A model generated the notes under the pieces. That model searched no databases. It had not been told where the DNA came from and saw only the letters and a program-made list of their open reading frames with translations. 64,000 bases of DNA from Tubiluchus corallicola (taxonomy: Eukaryota; Animalia; Priapulida), in assembly GCA_030141605.1 (NCBI GenBank), contig JAQGDQ010000596.1, positions 1 through 64,000 on the forward strand, in the 5' to 3' direction. Both the position numbers and the translations under genes were made by a program. Shown piece after piece: positions 36,053-50,343 of this stretch (positions within the stretch are counted from its first letter, which is position 1; every line of letters starts with the position of its first letter).

Positions 36053-38116
36053 TTAAAAGAAAGAACAAGTCATTCCGTATACTGGGTTTATTTTACTCTT
36101 ATCACCTAAACAGTTTGTGGTGTGCTTAAAAGGAAAGAACAAGTCATGCGTATACTGGGTTTATTTTACTCTTATCACTTAAACTGTTTGTGGTGTGCTA
36201 AAGGAAAGAACAAGTCATGCGTATACTGGGTTTATTTTACTCTTATCACTTAAACTGTTTGTGGTGTGCTAGAGGAAAGAACAAGTCATTCCGTATACTG
36301 GGTCTATTTTGCTCTTATCACGTAAACTGTTTGTGGTGTGCTAAAGGAAAGAACAAGTCATTCCGTATACTGGGTTTATTTTACTCTTATCACTTAAACT
36401 GTTTGTGGTGTAGTAAAGGAAAGAACAAGTCATTCTGTATACTGGTTTATTTTACTCTTATCACTTAAACTGTTTGTGGTGTGCTAGAGGAAAGAACAAG
36501 TCATTCCGTATACTGGGTTTATTTTACTCTTATCACTTAAACTGTTTGTGGTGTGCTAAAGGAAAGAACAAGTCATGCGTATACTGGGTTTATTTTACTC
36601 TTATCACTTAAACTGTTTGTGGTGTGCTAAAGGAAAGAACAAGTCATGCGTATACTGGGTTTATTTTACTCTTATCACTTAAACTGTTTGTGGTGTGCTA
36701 AAGAAAAGAACAAGTCATGCGTATACTGGGTTTATTTTACTCTTATCACTTAAACTGTTTGTGGTGTGCTAAAGGAAAGAACAAGTCATGCGTATACTGG
36801 GTTTATTTTACTCTTATCACTTAAACTGTTTGTGGTGTGCTAAAGGAAAGAACAAGTCATGCGTATACTGGGTTTATTTTACTCTTATCACTTAAACTGT
36901 TTGTGGTGTGCTAAACGAAAGAACAAGTCATTCCGTATACTGGGTTTATTTTACTCTTATCACTTGAACTGTTTGTGGTGTGCTTAAAAGGAAAGAACAA
37001 GTCATGCGTATACTGGGTTTATTTTACTCTTATCACTTAAACTGTTTGTGGTGTGCTAAAGGAAAGAACAAGTCATGCGTATACTGGGTTTATTTTACTC
37101 TTATCACTTGAACTGTTTGTGGTGTGCTAAAGGAAAGAACAAGTCATGCGTATACTGGGTTTATTTTACTCTTATCACTTAAACTGTTTGTGGTGTGCTA
37201 AACGAAAGAACAAGTCATTCCGTATACTGGGTTTATTTTACTCTTATCACTTGAACTGTTTGTGGTGTGCTTAAAAGGAAAGAACAAGTCATGCGTATAC
37301 TGGGTTTATTTTACTCTTATCACTTAAACTATTTGTGGTGTGCTAAAGGAAAGAACAAGTCATGCGTATACTGGGTTTATTTTACTCTTATCACTTGAAC
37401 TGTTTGTGGTGTGCTAAAGGAAAGAACAAGTCATGCGTATACTGGGTTTATTTTACTCTTATCACTTAAACTGTTTGTGGTGTGCTAGAGAAAAGAACAA
37501 GTCATTCCGTATACTGGGTTTATTTTACTCTTATCACTTAAACTGTTTGTGGTGTGCTAGAGGAAAGAACAAGTCATCCGTATACTGCGTTTATTTTACT
37601 CTTATCACTTAAAACTGTTTGTGGTGTGCTAGAGGAAAGAACAAGTCATTCTGTATACTGGGTTTATTTTGCTCTTATCACTTAAACTGTTTGTGGTGTG
37701 CTAAATGAAAGAACAAGACATCCGTATACTGCGTTTATTTTACTCTTATCACTTAAACTGTTTGTGGTGTGCTAGAGGAAAGAACAAGTCATTCCGTATA
37801 CTGGGTCTATTTTACTCTTATCACTTAAACTGTTTGTGGTGTGCTAGAGGAAAGAACAAGTCATTCCGTATACTGCGTTTATTTTACTCTTATCACTTAA
37901 ACTGTTTGTGGTGTGCTAGAGGAAAGAACAAGTCATTCCGTATACTGGGTCTATTTTACTCTTATCACTTAAACTGTTTGTGGTGTGCTAGAGGAAAGAA
38001 CAAGTCATTCCGTATACTGGGTCTATTTTACTCTTATCACTTAAACTGTTTGTGGTGTGCTAGAGGAAAGAACAAGTCATTCCGTATACTGGGTTTATTT
38101 TACTCTTATCACTTAA
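36053..38116. repeat. 71-72-bp satellite, about 29 copies, built from the terminus of a K4 element
   Basis: Unit aaaggaaagaacaagtcat(g/tc)cgtatactgggtttattttactcttatcacttaaactgtttgtggtgtgct; the first ~57 bp match the reverse complement of 48320-48379. Confidence 0.93.
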
Positions 38117-40320
38117 AGTTAGAAAAATACTACCGTCATTCGTTCGAAGATCATGACGTATCTGGGAGACTTCGCGACCACTCATAAGAGCATCGTGGCT
38201 TTCCGTAAGCGCGCTGTTTAAATTTAAACTTCTGCAGTTTACCTAATGTTCACGCAAAAATGTTACAAAATCAGCTGTCTGATGTTTTAGTAAAAAACTT
38301 ATCATACTTTTGGTGAAGATTGACAGTGGGTTACTTTTCTTCAAGACGAATGACGTCATTGGTGGAAGAATGGGAGCCCAAGCATGAAGTGAAGTTTAAA
38401 GTATTTTTATTAATTACACGAGCCGCTTATTGCAATTTTTATTATTAAATCCTTCTAACATTTTTGCAAACATAAAAATCTAACTTCCCAGAAGGCTTGT
38501 CTTTTCCTTTAATATTTGGTCCGGTTTTTTATAAACAAAATCAACAGCTGTAAATCTTGCGTATCTGGGTTTATTCAGTGTCTAAAACAGCGATAGTAAA
38601 ATCACTACATCCGTTTTACACAGATTTTCCTTTTACAATGTTCCCGAAAAATGTTTGTTTTGCGGGACAATTTCCTGTCCCGGGTAATCAATTCTGACAC
38701 TCGGGAAACAGCAAAACTCGGGGATAATTTTACTGTCACAATTACAAACGACGGATCTTATTATGTAAATGACCTACAGGGGTGTCAGATTCTTAGCATC
38801 AGTGAATCACATGGACAGATACGCTAAAGTCTTTGTTTTACATTAACCACAGTTTTTCAACTCAAAATTCCTACGACAAACCGTTTGAGATCCGCAATTT
38901 AAAGGACAAGAACACGGGTACCTGAAGTAGGTTTCAGAAAAATCGACTTAGAAAAATTTTACTACTATACAGCAATCTTATCTGTACATCGTACTCGCGT
39001 TGAAAGGATTTTTTGTTTGTTTTCATTTTAAATCTCCCGCAATACTGTTCCGACCGCTCCATTACGTGACGTCATATACGCACAACGTAAATCACGGGAC
39101 GAAAAAGCAATGTTAAATTATGTCCCAAAAAACTTTCCATGCAAATCTATGTTACTTAGCATTTCGCTTACCTGCTGGAAAGACTTACGTAACTAGAAAT
39201 AATAATTTAAAATGTTCGTGCCGATTGGTAAAATGTCGCTGGCTCACCTGGTGAAAATGTCAAGGCATACGGTCAAGGCATATAGAGGAAGCGACCATAC
39301 TACGCCACAGAAAATGAGAAACGTAGACAATAAAAAAATCTTAATTGAATGCATCGCAAAAGATTTCCTCGACGTCATATACTCGTAAAAGCAGCAAACA
39401 TTCAACGCAACACGCGTAAAACTACATTAAACCACATCCATTTTATGTTCGCATATTTAAACCGCAGAAAATCAAATCTAGACGCAATTCCAATATTATC
39501 GCCCATGACTCTACATTTATGGGTTTTCTTAACGCTCGGTAGAATTTGCTTGTAAGAACCCGGACAACAACATTCTACGCAGCAATAAACTTGCTTAAAA
39601 TTGCTCAAACATTTGCGTTGCGATGTGCTTAAATCTACTATCTTCGTGACGACGTGTCTGATAGTCAGAGCAGCAGAAGAATTGACGATGCACCCCGTAA
39701 GGCCCATTTCACACAGAGGACGCGCAGCAAAAATTCCTTGCGGCATTCCTCACGAAAATGGAACACATTGTTTTCTTGGACGCACTTCACAGTGAGAAAG
39801 CGCGGTAAAATTCCTCCTGAGGAATTCTGCCTTCACATAGAAGCTACGCGTCCTCCTCGTGAGGAGTTTTGCCACATGTACCATTTTCGTGAAGAATCCT
39901 AGCGGAATTCAGTCTTAAATTTAACTACTCAATTACTTCTTTCTTATTTAACGAACAACAATTAACACATTTCAGCATAAAATGACAAGATTTAATCTCT
40001 CTTTTAACAGACTGACGATTTTATGTTTTATTAATGCAACATCAATACCTCACGTATAAATGTTAACTCCCAGAACAAAGCCTCCAAATATAGTTCCAAG
40101 TGAACGACTCTTGCTGATTTCTTAGTCAAGGAAGGCAACCAATAAGTTGCAGACGTTATCACAATTGGGCACTCTTTCTGGCTCTCAGATTACAAACATT
40201 AAATCTACTTACATTGCCGTATGCACAGTTTTTCGTTTTTTTGAAACAGTTTTATAAGTTTACCAGGATTGTGTCTTATAAAACAACTAAAAAAAGTACG
40301 ATACTCTATCGAAATCGGAT

Positions 40321-40385
40321 AACTCAGCCAAGACTCGAACCCGGAACCTTCTGATGACAAGGCGGACGCCCTATCATCAAATGCG
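40321..40385 (-). mobile_element. tRNA-derived SINE head or tRNA pseudogene fragment
   Basis: Minus strand ...agggcgtccgccttgtcatcagaaggttccgGGTTCGAGTCttggctgag has a B-box; no intact cloverleaf. Confidence 0.45.
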
Positions 40386-40469
40386 CCAATTTTTGTTTTT
40401 TTTCTGCGTCATATTCACTGCATCATCATCACCTGAGCCATTATTAGTTACATTCCCTTTATGCTTACA

Positions 40470-40690
<221 letters not shown>

Positions 40691-41022
40691 AAGTCTTTAT
40701 TTTGAGCATATAAACACATACATATATACTTGCGCCCTCTATTTGCAGGGTTATAAGTGACTGACAATACTACGTGTGGTTGGGAGAGGATGGCTGGGGT
40801 AGATGATGATGATGATGACGACGATGATCATGACGACGATGATGATGGTGAGTTTTTATTATACTCTTTTTGCAGGCAAAATATCTGTACGAACATTATA
40901 CAGTTTTGCATAGAGACATATACAATTCTACAATATTACATGTTACGTTACAGGTTGTGTAATTAGCTTTTCTAATGGCGCGTATAACATTATTTACAGT
41001 GATACTATACAATGAGTATTAA

Positions 41023-41212
41023 AATGATACTGACAATCCTAGGTGAGGTTGGCTGAGCGGTGATACTGACAGTCCTAGGTGAGGTTGGCTGAGGGGTGAT
41101 AATGACAGTCCTAGGTGAGGTTGGCTGAGGGGTGATATTGACAATATGAGGTTGGCTGAGGGGTGATAATGACAATACGAGGTTGGCTGAGGGGTGATAA
41201 TGACAATACGAG
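41023..41212. repeat. About 30-36-bp minisatellite, about 5 copies
   Basis: Core gaggttggctgaggggtgataatgaca is repeated. Confidence 0.85.
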
Positions 41213-44200
41213 GAACCAGCAGTGCATGAATCCCGCGTTTACATACCAACCTTTGGCTTCTCTATACACACAACATGAATCCAAAGTTAACAATGCAACA
41301 ATCAGCTCAATCTCACTAAGTGCCCTGTTCTTTGTCTCAAGTGGATATATTTATCCAGTAATGTTTGTCCACTGCTGGGCTATCTGATTATTCATGTCAT
41401 AGTAATTGACACTTCGCGCAATTATGTCATGGCGGGTAGAGAATGTTCTAGAACTGATTAGCTGGGGGGGGGGGGAGCAGCTTTCAATATACACGTGTGC
41501 AGTATGGCCCCCATAACTAGAAAAATACGCACTTCTAAAGGAAAACCGGACGATTGTGTAGACATTAGTATGGCTCAAAGATACTGAAAACTACAACAGC
41601 TTTTTTAAAATCAAAGCTTAGATAAAATAGTAATTATCTCGGATGCTTTAATTTTGTTAAACTGACATGCGGCTCGGTGAATACACTAAAACCGGCAACG
41701 GTGCCTTTAAGTTACATTGGGGTGGTCGACAAATAGGCGCTGTACAAGACGAATGACGTCATTGGAAAAAGCATTGAAAATGGGAACGCCCAAGCAGGAA
41801 GTGATCGCGACTTTAAAGTGATTTTACTAATTACACGAGGCGCTTATTGCAGTTTTATTACTAAATCCTACTAACATTTTTCATGATTATTGAAATAAGC
41901 CTAGCCTCTTAGAAGGCTTGACTTTTCTTTTAAATGCAACATCTGATTATATAATTACACGAACAACTAAACATGAACTGTGTGTACGTGAAGAGAAGTG
42001 ATTCATAAATCGGAGAAAATGACGAAGAAATTCTTAATAATCAACTTCTATTGTGTGATGATTGTAAAGATGCAGATATTGTTACGAGACTGTTCTTATA
42101 CGAGTAATTATGAAAATAATGCTGATGTTAGTGCGGGAAAACTGGTTTACTCAAATTGCGTGGGGAAAACGGTGAGTAACTCAGAAGGGAAACCATGACG
42201 TAAACTTATATTATCTATGCAGACGAGGAAGTCTTAATTAGAGAGCAAATGTAAATATCCATCCTCCTCTTATGCAATCGCGCGTACATTTATTGAAGCC
42301 ATAACATGGATATAGTTTATTTCATATTTTCCTTATTAGGAGACAAAATTGAGGGGCGCACAAAAAAAGCTTAAGAGAGAAGAAAAGGGGTACCTGAAGT
42401 GATTTCAGAAAAATCGCCTTAATTTTTTAAGCGTATATCGTATTCACATTAAAGGGAATTTTTGTTTGTTGCTCCTGCAATATTGTTCCGAAGTAGCCAT
42501 TACATGACGTCATATACGCACAACGTAAATCGGGAAGGAAAGGAAACGTTGGATTTGTTGGAACCCATGTAGCATAGTAATGGCGAAGTGCACGTGAAAT
42601 TCTCTATGTAAATGGTAATAATTCTTTCACGTAAATCATATTTGAAAAACTAGTATGTTTCTTTTCAATGTTTTAAATACTAGATTGTTTTGACCTTCAG
42701 TTTGAGATTGGGTCCGGTTTTGCTTTAAGTTCGAGTTCAGTTTATTTCTCAGCAATACTTATTTGTGCTCATAACAAAAAAAGAGAACAGCAATTAAAAT
42801 AAAGAAAAGTTACTGTAATGCTCTTAATGCTATAGCATAATAGAATTCAAATCAAAATTAAAAATACATACATCAAATTGTTTTGAAAACCCAACATACA
42901 TAAACGATAATATATATTCATCCACAAATTTTATTTACCCACGTCCATTTTAAATCATATGTATATATGGTATATAGTCTATTATAATTTCCGTGTAATA
43001 TTACAATGTATATTTTGTTTTAAATTTTTGGCACAGTAGTTTTTAGTTTGCACAGGACGCATTTGCCTTTAACAGTTGTGTGAATTTTATTCTCATGCTG
43101 CGATGTTCTTTTATGCTTTTATAGTTATGAATATCGATTTTTATGGCATATAAAGATTATTATATATATATATATATATGCATATATATATAATACTCAG
43201 GAAGAAGCAATAAAGAGAGAAGCAAGACAGAGAGAATAAAAAGAGAAAGAGTGAAAGAAACATCAGAGGAAAAACAGATTACACAGATGTTGTCAACTCA
43301 AAGACATCATCTCTACAAAAAGAAACCATGGCAGGGTATTTTCCATCACCACCTGTCTCTCTCCACTCTTTGGTCGCTCATAGATATTTATATTTAATAT
43401 AATTAACATATTTTATTGATTTTTTGCAAACATATCTTGTTCGGTCCGGTTGGGTCCGGTTTTGCTTTAAGTACCTTATCGTGGTAACAAAACTGCCATC
43501 TATCGTAAAATAAACAATCAACGCCCAAAATTAAGATTTTAATGAAGATCAGTGTCAAATTTTGACATGAAATGCATCGAAGTATTTTAAACTATTTACA
43601 CATGTCATAATTATGAATAGAGATTCTTCCTTGAATTTAAAGAGGAGGCAGAGAAAGAGGGTACTTAGACCTCAAGCTGCATGTATTAGTCAGCTTCATT
43701 TTGTTATTTAGGATACACATTTTTTCACATTTGCGTGGCCAACAAATAGGCGCTGTACCGTGATAAGCATGACGTCATTGTGACGTAGAACTCATTTTCA
43801 TTACATCACATCAGCGTCTTATGGCAAACGCGATTGACACGCAGCGAAGATGTCTACCATTGTATAAACTGTGGTTATTTTGTGACGTAAGCGATAGCTG
43901 TTTTCGGTTGCCGTAAATTAACTTTCCAAGGTAATTATTCAAGTATCGGAAATTGCTAACTTTCACAGGCAAAAAATGTATATTTTGAACTGTAAATTAA
44001 AAATGAGATAGAGTCTAAACAATCGTTCGGTCTTTCTTTAAAATACAAAGCTTTAAACGTAAGAGAGATTGGACCAACAGTGGTCTCTGTCCAGGGACCA
44101 CTCGTCACGACCAATAAAATCAACAATAAACAAGTGAACGAATTTTTACGAAATTACTAAAACTATCAGCACATGTTTGTGGAAGTAGGTTATCATCATG

Positions 44201-44473
44201 AAGTTTCATTAAGGTCAGTTCACAGTGAATCTCTGATCACGCTCCTCTGCCACGGATACCGATTTATTGCTCCTAATACATAAACTGGCACGCGACTCTT
44301 AGTAATTAATTCAATCATCTCTGTTGCAGCTTCCCCGGCTAGCTAATGAACGCTGGAGGAATGACTTTACATAGCAGTGATACGGCCTACTTGAAATTGC
44401 ACTAAATAACAATGATGAAATCATCCAGTGATGCGAGAATAACCTTCAAAAGTGTCAAAAACGATGCCAAATA

Positions 44474-44546
44474 TTTATTTATTTATTTATTTGTTTGTTT
44501 GTTTGTTTGTTTGTTTGTTTGTTTATTTATTTATTTGTTTGTTTGT

Positions 44547-44641
<95 letters not shown>

Positions 44642-44670
44642 TTAATTTACTTATTTATTTATTTATTTAT
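44474..44670. repeat. (TTTA)n/(TTTG)n microsatellite
   Basis: Direct inspection. Confidence 0.95.
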
Positions 44671-44689
44671 GTAAGTAATTTGCCTGTAA

Positions 44690-45112
44690 GTTTTCAGGAG
44701 AAATTTTTTGATCATGTAATATGCACTAATCTAAGCGACAACTTAGACATTCAAAATCAACCTAGACTTTTTTATATACGGATTAACTCTTTAATAAGAA
44801 AATGTGTTTAGATCATGTTAAAATCGTGCTATTTAACAGTTACTGCTGCAACAATTACTGTATGTCTTCATGGAGTAATTCTAGTAGTGGTGTGACAAAT
44901 AGATTGCGTGTTGCTTACAACAATGGTATTAGAAAACTGTTTCGCTTAAAGTATATTAGATTATAGATATAAGATATAGGATATAAGATTATACATATAT
45001 ATATGTATAATCTTGTAATTTTTTATTTTGTTGTATTTTATTTGATTTTAGTAATGTATTTGTATTTCATGTGATCTTAGTTACCGAAATAAAAAAATTG
45101 AATTGAATTGAT
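44690..45112 (+). mobile_element. LINE (L2-like) ORF2 3' remnant with (AATTG)n tail
   Basis: Fragments DHVICTNLSDNLDI..RLFYIRINSLIRK and YCCNNYCMSSW..NRLRVAYNNGIRKLF; tail aataaaaaaattgaattgaattg. Confidence 0.55.
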
Positions 45113-48100
45113 GTTAACGACACCTGATTCGCAAACGATTGAAAAATTGAACGATTTAAAAACTAATGCGCATGCGCAGATAATACACTAACAGTCGAGT
45201 AGTTCAGAGTAAAGAGGCCAAGACATTTTGTCAACATAAAAGAGTGCAAAACCTATTTGGTTGAATTAAGCTTCTAAAGAAAATGAAATTTTGTCAAGAT
45301 TGCCTTACTTGCCTAATGGAACCTACGTCATCAAAATCCTAGGTCATATTTAGAATATAAATTGCCCAAATAGAAACGTTGCAAAACGAAATTTAATCAT
45401 CTTTAAAATGTTGAAGACAAGCTTGATATACCGCCTCGATAAATCATTGCTGTCTTTGCAATGAAACCTGTTTGTTAAGATTTTTATTGCTCGATGAAAG
45501 GCACAAACTTTTGAAAGTTTATTGCAGCTAGTAAATGGGTTTCATCACTGCTAAATTATCTTTGTTCTCTTTAGAGCTCCTCTCATCCATATAATGAATT
45601 AGCGAAGTCGTTTGATTAATTTCTTAATCATATTCATATCTGATTCAGGTCCTCTCACTGCATTAGTTGAAAATTTGCCGTTTGAAACAAAATGGCAGCC
45701 GCTGATCACCCAGGATAAGAGGTCACAGTCAGAAGAAATACGATTACATACAGAATAAGCCTTTTTACAGTTTTGCAGAGCGCATGCGTAGTTGCTGTAG
45801 GTCAAAGGTTAAGCGTACTGTAGCAACGCTGTGTTAACTGCAACCGTCACGTAACGTCTGTGTAAAACAAAGCCGTCTGTAGCAGCAGTTCAGCAACTTC
45901 TGTTGTTTTACGTACACTTTACTTAATTATGCATTAGTCAGTGCACAGAGTGATTTACTAGCAAGATCTTGCTTGAGAACAAGAAAAAATGAACTAGGTA
46001 AGATTCTAGCTAACTGTTAAAACTGTTGCTATTACAATAGCACGGGCTGCAAGACGTTGTCAAGTGTACACAAACGCGTTGTCTGGTAAACTTAACCTTT
46101 GACCTTTTCACGATCATCATCAATCGCTGAAACTATGAAAATGCTTATTTGTTTAATTAATTTACCAGTAATAGGAGGTAGCTACTTATCATCATTTTTG
46201 ACATTTTTGTCGAAACGCGAGAAAAGCTCTCAGAAACGAATTTCTAGAGAATTTAACAGATAAGAAGCCCGAGGGAAACGCAACTGTTCTGCATCTAGAA
46301 ATGCAGCCATTTTACAAGGTCAGTAAGTGAAAAGATACAGCAAACTGTAGCCAATCAACAAGAAGATCATGAGAGCTTCTTTCACTTAAAGTAGCAACGA
46401 AAGAGGTTTAAGCACAAGAAAACCTTTCATTTGTCATGAAATTTAATATCACTTACATACTATCTTTTTGTATACATGGCTTGCGTCGGTAGTCACGCTG
46501 TATAAAACTTGTAAATTTAAACTCCCGTAATGACCGTTAGACGCAGCCATTTTGATACTAGGTCGTTTGAAACAAATTTAGAAATCATTGTGTAAAATTT
46601 GAAAAAATAATCAGAGCATTCGTAGCGCACACGTCATTAACTAAGTAAAATTTTAATTTACTGTATCTTATCAATAAGATTAAAAATACGTTTTTGGTTA
46701 GTGGGTGGTGCACCCAGGAGGGTGAGTCAACGACATTTTACAATTGGTGAAAACATGTTAAATAATTAATAATTTTCTTTTCTAGTTACCTAAGTCTTTC
46801 AAGCAGGTAAGCGAAATGCTAAGTAATAAAGATTTGCATGGAAAGTTTTTTTGGTCATAATTTAACATTGTTTTTTCTTCCCATGCTTTACGTTGTGCGT
46901 ATATGACGTCACGTAATGGCGCGGGTCGGAACAATATTGTGGGAAATCTAAAATGAAAACAAACAAAAATTCCTTTCAAGGCGAGTACGACACATGCATA
47001 AAATTGCTGCAAAGTAATACAATTTTAAGGCGGTTTTTCTGAAACCTACTTCAGGTAGCCATTGTCTTCTCCTTTAATCTAAGCTCTGGAAAAACTTTTC
47101 TTTGTTTCCTCTTTTTGCAATGCAACAAGAGCTTTTCTAATATGTTGTTACATTAGTACCTTAATAAAATACATGTCTTACTTCTCGCAGGGTGTAATAG
47201 CGACTTCTTGACTGCATTAACACAACAACAGCTGTATGTCTGTTATCAATGAGTTGTTACCCGTATAAATTCATTAACACTGACCCATAACTACCATTTA
47301 CAAGCGGGCAAACAAGGCAAACTCTTTGCATTCAGACTAACCAGACAGCGGGGATTCGATGTAAATGGCTTCCCAGCGCTTAGCATATAGTCCCACTTGA
47401 GTTCAACTATGAATGCCGAACTAATCGACAAGCAGACTCCATTGATATCGATTCTGCCAGCTTCTCCGCATATCTCCATGAAAGCTACCAATTGGGGGTG
47501 CAATTCAAACTTGAGACAATCGTTTCACTTTCAAACGGTAATGATAAGACTATACTTGCGCTTTTTAGAACACAAACAATAAAACGTGCTTCTGACGCGG
47601 CGTGTGAAAATGCGCAAATTGCGCATCTTAAGAATAAGCGCATATTTAAAATTGCTGGAATCGACCTTGATTTTGTATCCTGCCAACGCCACGCTGAGAG
47701 GACAGATCGATCTGTACCAGGGCAGCAAACTTCGAAATTAAACAGTTTGTATTTTGCTTCACAAATTGGAATCATCACACAGCAGAATCTAGTAGTACTT
47801 CTTAATGAAAGAGGTGTCACTGGTGATTGCTTTAAAGGAAAAGTCAAACCTTCTAAGAAGTTAGGCTCACTTCAATGTTCACGAAAAATGTTAAAAGAAT
47901 TATAGTAATAAAACTGCAACAAGCGTCTCGTGTAACTAGTAAAATTAATTTAAAGTCGCGATCACTTCATGCTTGAGTGCCCATTCTTCTACCAATGACG
48001 TCATTCGTCCTGAACAAAAGTAGCTCACTGTTAATCTTCATCAAAAATATAATAAGTTTTTACAAAAAGTAAGATGTAATATTTTCGCATGAACATTAAG

Positions 48101-49799
48101 TAAGCTGCAGAAGTTTGAATTAGTTTAAACATCACGCACTCACGGAACGCCACGATGCGCTTACGAAAAGTCACGAAGTCTCCCAGTTGCGTCATGATTT
48201 TCAAGAGAAAGGCGGCAACAACCACACCAGAAAATTTCTGTTCAGAGTTGGTTTATTTTAAATTTATGCTTTATGCCTTACAGACAGTTCTTTGGAAATT
48301 TCTTTGTTATGTTCTTCTAAGTTTAAGTGACAACAGTAAAATCAAACCCAACATACTGAGTGACTTGTTCTTTTCTCTTGCGTACAGTTGAGTTAAGGCC
48401 TACTCTAGGCCTATTTTAATATAGGTTTCTTCGAGCACGTTTGTGTGAATTTAATCAATTTATAACATTAACTTTCGCTACAAAGTCAACAAAAGAACCT
48501 AAAACAGGTAATTGAACGACGATAAAAATGAGCTACGTTAAAGCAAAATTGGACATAATCTTAAACTGTAGGTTCAAAACAATCTACTGTTTAAAACATC
48601 GAAAGGAAGCATATTATTTTTCAAAAATGACTTACGTGAAAGAATTATTACCACACAAACACAATTTCAGGTGCGCATCATTAGTTCTTCGCAGTTACAT
48701 GCACTTCGTCATTCGATAGTTAGACGGGCACTAGTGACTGTATTTCGGAAACGCATTGCACAAGAAACAGGGGCTGCACCTCTCAGTTCAGATGTGTTCG
48801 TTTGTGACGAACTACACACGCTCGACGGCTCATGCGTCAGTACAGTGGTAAATTTGAAATTTTAGTTTTTATGTTAAAGCACACTGAATATCTTACAGTA
48901 GCACTGTACTTCAATTTTCAAACATGTGCAACACGCTCGTGAAATATTTTTTCTGTTGAAAATTACGTTAGTTCGTGATGTCATCAGTAGTTGGACTCAG
49001 CCGCCGTTAATTACGTTTTCAATCTATTATTTCATTATCAGAACTGCCTTTGTAGTAATAATAGTCTAAAATGCGTCCTTTTAACCGTACTTGAAAATGG
49101 GGTAGGTGATGAAAAACAATCCTGTTTTCCTTTAACTGATGGTCTCAAAAATGGCACAGAATTATCGCCAACCACAATCTCTTAGCTCTGAACTCAAGAT
49201 GAACCAGTAAAAATTGAACGTTATTTATTCGTTTGATATTATCGAGAATATTTATTTTACTTGGCAAAAACCTGATATTGTAAATTTTAGACTTCACGTT
49301 CAACACGTAATTAGCTGCGTCGGTTTCTCTGAAAGGTAATTAGTAAAACCGAGGAACGTCTTGTAAATTGTAAATGGTTCAAGTAGCTCGTCAGCGATGC
49401 ACTTAAACACACCGATGCGCCTCACAACCGGGAATTCATACTGTCACGTTGAATTTCGCGCTTGAATTTTCGCCACAAATAATTTATATCAAACGGTATT
49501 TTATCAAATAACGGACTTTTTTGTACAATCTTGTTTTTACATAAAATTTTATTAGAACAAAAACATTTTTCCTCCTCATTAGTTGTAGGAGTAGTGGTAG
49601 ATTTATTCTCCATAATAAATTACATGTTTTCGTATACTATAACATATCAATTTTTGCAATTAACAATGCAATTGCAATTAATTACAATGACATCACAAAA
49701 CAGCGGAGTGAATACTCGTGTACATAGTACAGAATATATATATACATATAAATAAATAAATTTATACATATTTCTGTAAATACGACAGATTTGTAGAAA

Positions 49800-50273
49800 C
49801 AAGTACGTTAGCTCTTCTACTTGGAAGAGGTTGCAAATCATTTAAATACAGGATAGGTATAACTGATTCAGAACTGTGTGTTTGCGGTTTGGGCAGTCAA
49901 ACCCCAGAACATTTAATTTTTCATTGTCCGTTACCATTGGTTAGAAAAGATATAAGAGTAAATCTCGAACGCGGCTTAGAAAATAATGACATTCGAAACA
50001 TTTACAGAGAGAGAGAGACACTAATGTTATTAAAATGTATATAGATATTGTGAAAGAACTAACCCAAAATGATCTTATAGTAAATTGATTATACATTGAT
50101 TATAAATATTGAATATATATTTAGAATAAGTAAATCGTAATGCAAAATTGTCAGCTTTTTTAGTAAGAAATTATTAATGTACATAGTGTATAGACTTATT
50201 TAACATTTTTGTACTTTTGTGCCCTGCAAATAGAGGGCTTATTGTATAATTTTCAATAAAGATTTTTAATAAT

Positions 50274-50343
<70 letters not shown>
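49800..50343 (+). mobile_element. 5'-truncated LINE: C-terminal CCHC motif, AATAAA and (TAA)n tail
   Basis: Translation FKYRIGITDSELCVCGLGSQTPEHLIFHCPL; (TAA)n at 50270-50343. Confidence 0.65.

Noticed and set aside
37705-38187. 160-aa repeat ORF (LGLFYSYHLNCLWCARGKNKSFRI)n
   Set aside because: By-product of 72-bp satellite units; neighbouring 71-bp units break the frame.
47230-47905. Cluster of overlapping 60-137-aa ORFs in slightly GC-richer unique sequence
   Set aside because: No recognisable motif or convincing splice-bounded exon.
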